Assembly: GCF_000027125.1 (NCBI RefSeq)
Contig: NC_017626.1
Direction: 5' to 3' (one strand)
DNA from: Escherichia coli 042
GTDB lineage: Bacteria > Pseudomonadota > Gammaproteobacteria > Enterobacterales > Enterobacteriaceae
DNA length: 64,000 bases
The notes under the pieces are model-generated. The model searched no databases and had not been told where the DNA came from. It worked only from the letters and a program-made list of their open reading frames with translations. Positions 59,635-64,000 of this stretch are shown here, piece after piece. A program made the translations under genes and the position numbers. Numbering within the stretch: the first letter of the stretch is position 1; every line of letters begins with the position of its first letter.

Positions 59635-60255
59635 ATGAGCTATACCCTGCCATCCCTGCCGTATGCTTACGATGCCCTGGAACCGCACTTCGATAAGCAG
59701 ACCATGGAAATCCACCACACCAAACACCATCAGACCTACGTCAACAACGCCAACGCGGCGCTGGAAAGCCTGCCAGAATTTGCCAACCTGCCGGTTGAAG
59801 AGCTGATCACCAAACTGGACCAGCTGCCAGCAGACAAGAAAACCGTACTGCGCAACAACGCTGGCGGTCACGCCAACCACAGCCTGTTCTGGAAAGGTCT
59901 GAAAAAAGGCACCACCTTACAGGGTGACCTGAAAGCGGCTATCGAACGTGACTTCGGCTCCGTTGATAACTTCAAAGCAGAATTTGAGAAAGCGGCAGCT
60001 TCCCGCTTTGGTTCCGGCTGGGCATGGCTGGTGCTGAAAGGCGATAAACTGGCGGTGGTTTCTACTGCTAACCAGGATTCCCCGCTGATGGGTGAAGCTA
60101 TTTCTGGCGCTTCCGGCTTCCCGATTCTGGGCCTGGATGTGTGGGAACATGCTTACTACCTGAAATTCCAGAACCGCCGTCCGGACTACATCAAAGAGTT
60201 CTGGAACGTGGTGAACTGGGACGAAGCAGCGGCACGTTTCGCGGCGAAAAAATAA
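59635..60255 (+). CDS. sodA: Manganese superoxide dismutase
   Basis: 206-aa product [36 protein letters not shown]. Confidence 0.97.
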   Translation: MSYTLPSLPYAYDALEPHFDKQTMEIHHTKHHQTYVNNANAALESLPEFANLPVEELITKLDQLPADKKTVLRNNAGGHANHSLFWKGLKKGTTLQGDLKAAIERDFGSVDNFKAEFEKAAASRFGSGWAWLVLKGDKLAVVSTANQDSPLMGEAISGASGFPILGLDVWEHAYYLKFQNRRPDYIKEFWNVVNWDEAAARFAAKK

Positions 60256-60514
60256 TCATTTGCCGCCTGCTGCAATGAGGCGTTAACGCCGCATATCAGC
60301 GTAAAAAATGAACCATCGCCAACGGCGGTGGTTTTTTTGTGATCAATTTCAAAATAAAAACAATGATCCGATAAAAATAAAATAGCGTTTCAATCGATGT
60401 GGTTTTGATCACTTTTATTGATTAAATGAATGTCTATCTTCGTTTCCATCAACACTGATGCTCCATTGAGGAATTACGCATCAGCCCTTAAAAATATGCC
60501 GACAGGTGATGGAA

Positions 60515-61498
60515 ATGCAGATAAAACGCTCGATTGAGAAAATCCCGGGGGGGATGATGCTCGTCCCGCTATTCCTTGGCGCACTGTGCCACACCTTCTC
60601 GCCGGAGGCGGGGAAATATTTTGGATCATTCACCAACGGGATGATTACCGGTACGGTGCCCATTCTGGCGGTGTGGTTTTTTTGCATGGGGGCGTCAATA
60701 AAATTAAGCGCGACGGGAACGGTACTGCGTAAATCCGGTACGCTGGTGGTAACTAAAATTGCCGTCGCGTGGGTGGTTGCGGCAATTGCCTCGCGCATTA
60801 TTCCGGAACATGGTGTTGAAGTGGGATTCTTTGCTGGACTTTCAACGCTGGCGCTGGTGGCGGCGATGGATATGACCAACGGCGGACTTTACGCTTCCAT
60901 CATGCAGCAGTACGGCACAAAAGAAGAAGCTGGGGCATTTGTGTTGATGTCATTGGAGTCCGGGCCGCTCATGACGATGATTATTCTGGGCACTGCCGGG
61001 ATTGCCTCGTTTGAACCGCATGTTTTCGTCGGCGCAGTATTACCGTTCCTGGTGGGCTTTGCCCTTGGGAACCTTGACCCTGAATTACGAGAATTTTTCA
61101 GCAAAGCGGTGCAGACGCTGATTCCATTCTTTGCCTTCGCGCTGGGCAATACCATTGATTTGACTGTAATTGCCCAGACAGGTTTGCTGGGGATCCTGTT
61201 GGGTGTGGCAGTAATTATCGTGACCGGTATTCCGTTGATTATCGCCGATAAATTGATTGGCGGTGGCGATGGCACTGCCGGAATTGCCGCTTCCAGTTCC
61301 GCAGGGGCCGCGGTAGCGACACCTGTGCTGATTGCTGAAATGGTGCCTGCGTTTAAACCGATGGCTCCGGCAGCAACTTCGCTGGTAGCGACGGCGGTCA
61401 TTGTGACTTCGATTCTGGTGCCAATTCTTACCTCTATCTGGTCACGTAAAGTCAAAGCCAGAGCGGCGAAAATCGAAATTTTAGGTACGGTGAAATAA
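60515..61498 (+). CDS. kdgT: 2-keto-3-deoxygluconate permease
   Basis: 327-aa product from [23 protein letters not shown]. Confidence 0.92.
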   Translation: MQIKRSIEKIPGGMMLVPLFLGALCHTFSPEAGKYFGSFTNGMITGTVPILAVWFFCMGASIKLSATGTVLRKSGTLVVTKIAVAWVVAAIASRIIPEHGVEVGFFAGLSTLALVAAMDMTNGGLYASIMQQYGTKEEAGAFVLMSLESGPLMTMIILGTAGIASFEPHVFVGAVLPFLVGFALGNLDPELREFFSKAVQTLIPFFAFALGNTIDLTVIAQTGLLGILLGVAVIIVTGIPLIIADKLIGGGDGTAGIAASSSAGAAVATPVLIAEMVPAFKPMAPAATSLVATAVIVTSILVPILTSIWSRKVKARAAKIEILGTVK

Positions 61499-61646
61499 AC
61501 CTGCTTCCTTAATCCCCACAGCCGGATGAACTAACGTTCGTCCGGTTTGCTATTGAGTTCTTGCCTGGATACTTACCGCGAAAACAGCACGCCTGACATA
61601 AAATAAATATGGTCTAATGGGGAAATTTCTCGTGGAGAGGGAACAG

Positions 61647-62321
61647 ATGCGATATCCGGTTGATGTATACACAGGCAAGATTCAGGCTTATCCCGAAGGC
61701 AAACCCAGCGCAATTGCTAAAATCCAGGTTGATGGTGAGTTGATGCTGACGGAGCTGGGGCTGGAAGGTGACGAGCAGGCGGAGAAGAAGGTTCACGGCG
61801 GGCCAGACAGAGCGCTGTGTCATTATCCTCGTGAGCATTATCTCTACTGGGCGCGGGAATTTCCGGAACAGGCGGAGTTGTTTGTTGCGCCTGCGTTTGG
61901 CGAAAATCTCTCAACCGACGGTCTGACGGAAAGTAATGTTTATATGGGCGATATTTTCCGCTGGGGAGAGGCATTAATTCAGGTCAGCCAGCCACGCTCA
62001 CCTTGCTATAAACTCAATTACCATTTTGATATCAGCGATATAGCGCAGTTGATGCAAAACACAGGTAAAGTGGGGTGGTTGTATAGCGTGATAGCGCCAG
62101 GGTTGGTATCTGCTGATGCGCCGCTGGAGTTGGTTTCCCGTGTCAGTGATGTGACCGTGCAGGAGGCTGCCGCCATCGCATGGCATATGCCGTTTGATGA
62201 CGAGCAGTATCACCGTTTACTCTCCGCCGCCGGGTTATCGAAAAGCTGGACGCGGACGATGCAAAAGCGCCGACTGAGCGGCAAGATCGAAGATTTTTCC
62301 CGCCGGTTGTGGGGAAAATAA
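61647..62321 (+). CDS. yiiM: MOSC-domain protein YiiM (N-hydroxylated base analogue detoxification)
   Basis: 224-aa product from MRYPVDVYTGKIQAYPEG. Confidence 0.88.
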   Translation: MRYPVDVYTGKIQAYPEGKPSAIAKIQVDGELMLTELGLEGDEQAEKKVHGGPDRALCHYPREHYLYWAREFPEQAELFVAPAFGENLSTDGLTESNVYMGDIFRWGEALIQVSQPRSPCYKLNYHFDISDIAQLMQNTGKVGWLYSVIAPGLVSADAPLELVSRVSDVTVQEAAAIAWHMPFDDEQYHRLLSAAGLSKSWTRTMQKRRLSGKIEDFSRRLWGK

Positions 62322-62863
62322 CCCCCGGAGTGTAGGCCTGATAAGACGCTATCAGCGTCGCATCAGGCATCCTGCTCAAATGCCGGATGCGGCGTAAACT
62401 GAACTGCACCCCAAATGTTGGACATAATCTGACATCTGAAGGTGCAGTTTATGAAACATTCATTTGAAGTAAAACTTGCCGCTGTAAATCATTACCTGGC
62501 TGGTCATGCAGGCATCATTTCTACGGCAAAACTCTTTCAACTTTCTCACACCAGCCTCTCACACTGGATTAATCTTTTTCTTCTTCACGGTCCTCGGGCA
62601 CTGGATTGCAGACACAAGCGTAGCTATTCTCCTGAAGATAAACTTTGCGTGGTTCTTTATGCTCTCGGGCATTCTGAGTCTCTACCCCGGGTAGCTGCCC
62701 GGTTTAACATTCCCAGCCACAACACGGTTAAAAACTGGATAAAAGGCTACCGCAAATCTGGTAATGAGGCCTTTATCAGGCGCAGGAAGGAGAAAAGCAT
62801 GACCCGTTCTGATGATACCCATGAAAACGAGGCAAACATGACGCCGGAAGAGATGAAGAATGA

Positions 62864-63831
<968 letters not shown>

Positions 63832-63861
63832 AAACGCCTTATCCTGCCTACAATGCGGAGT

Positions 63862-64000
63862 TTAACTCCGCTTATACAGCGGCAACCAAATCACCAGCCG
63901 TAAACCGCCAAGCGGGCTGTCTTCTGCCTTCACCCAGCCACGATGCTGCTGGATGGCGGTTTCAACAATCGCCAGCCCCAAACCTGTACCGCCAGATTCA
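63862..64000 (-). CDS. cpxA: Envelope-stress sensor kinase CpxA, 3' end (partial)
   Basis: Minus-strand reading ends ...LYKRS-stop at 63862-63864; continues beyond window. Confidence 0.6.
   Translation of the reverse strand, partial: ESGGTGLGLAIVETAIQQHRGWVKAEDSPLGGLRLVIWLPLYKRS

Overview
This window reads as an Escherichia coli-type chromosomal segment, recognised by eye from the sequence and ORF translations (no database search was run). Gene order: 3' end of an rrn operon (23S tail, 5S) - mobBA - yihD - srkA - dsbA - yihF - yihG - polA - Spot42 (spf) - engB - CsrC - yihI - hemN - yshB - glnGLA - typA/bipA - yihLMN - ompL - sulfoquinovose (yih) cluster - yihX - yihY - dtd - yiiD - yiiE - yiiF - fdhE - fdoIHG - fdhD - rhaMDAB / rhaSR / rhaT - sodA - kdgT - yiiM - IS150 - cpxA 3' end. 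Most of it is ordinary core genome. Four places differ from the K-12 arrangement as I recall it. (1) An AT-rich islet between yiiD and yiiE carries one ~604-aa gene whose C-terminus has a CKSAKDRT (CX5R) P-loop, the signature of inositol polyphosphate 4-phosphatases and the IpgD/SopB effector family; this is the best candidate for an undescribed system. (2) A TSUP/TauE-SafE-family permease gene sits inside the sulfoquinovose cluster between yihQ and yihR. (3) The interval between fdhD and rhaM holds a short frameshifted remnant and a 464-aa carbohydrate-porin-like outer-membrane protein gene where I expect yiiG-frvRXBA. (4) An IS150 copy is inserted into a REP element between yiiM and cpxA. 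No CRISPR array or tRNA gene was seen.
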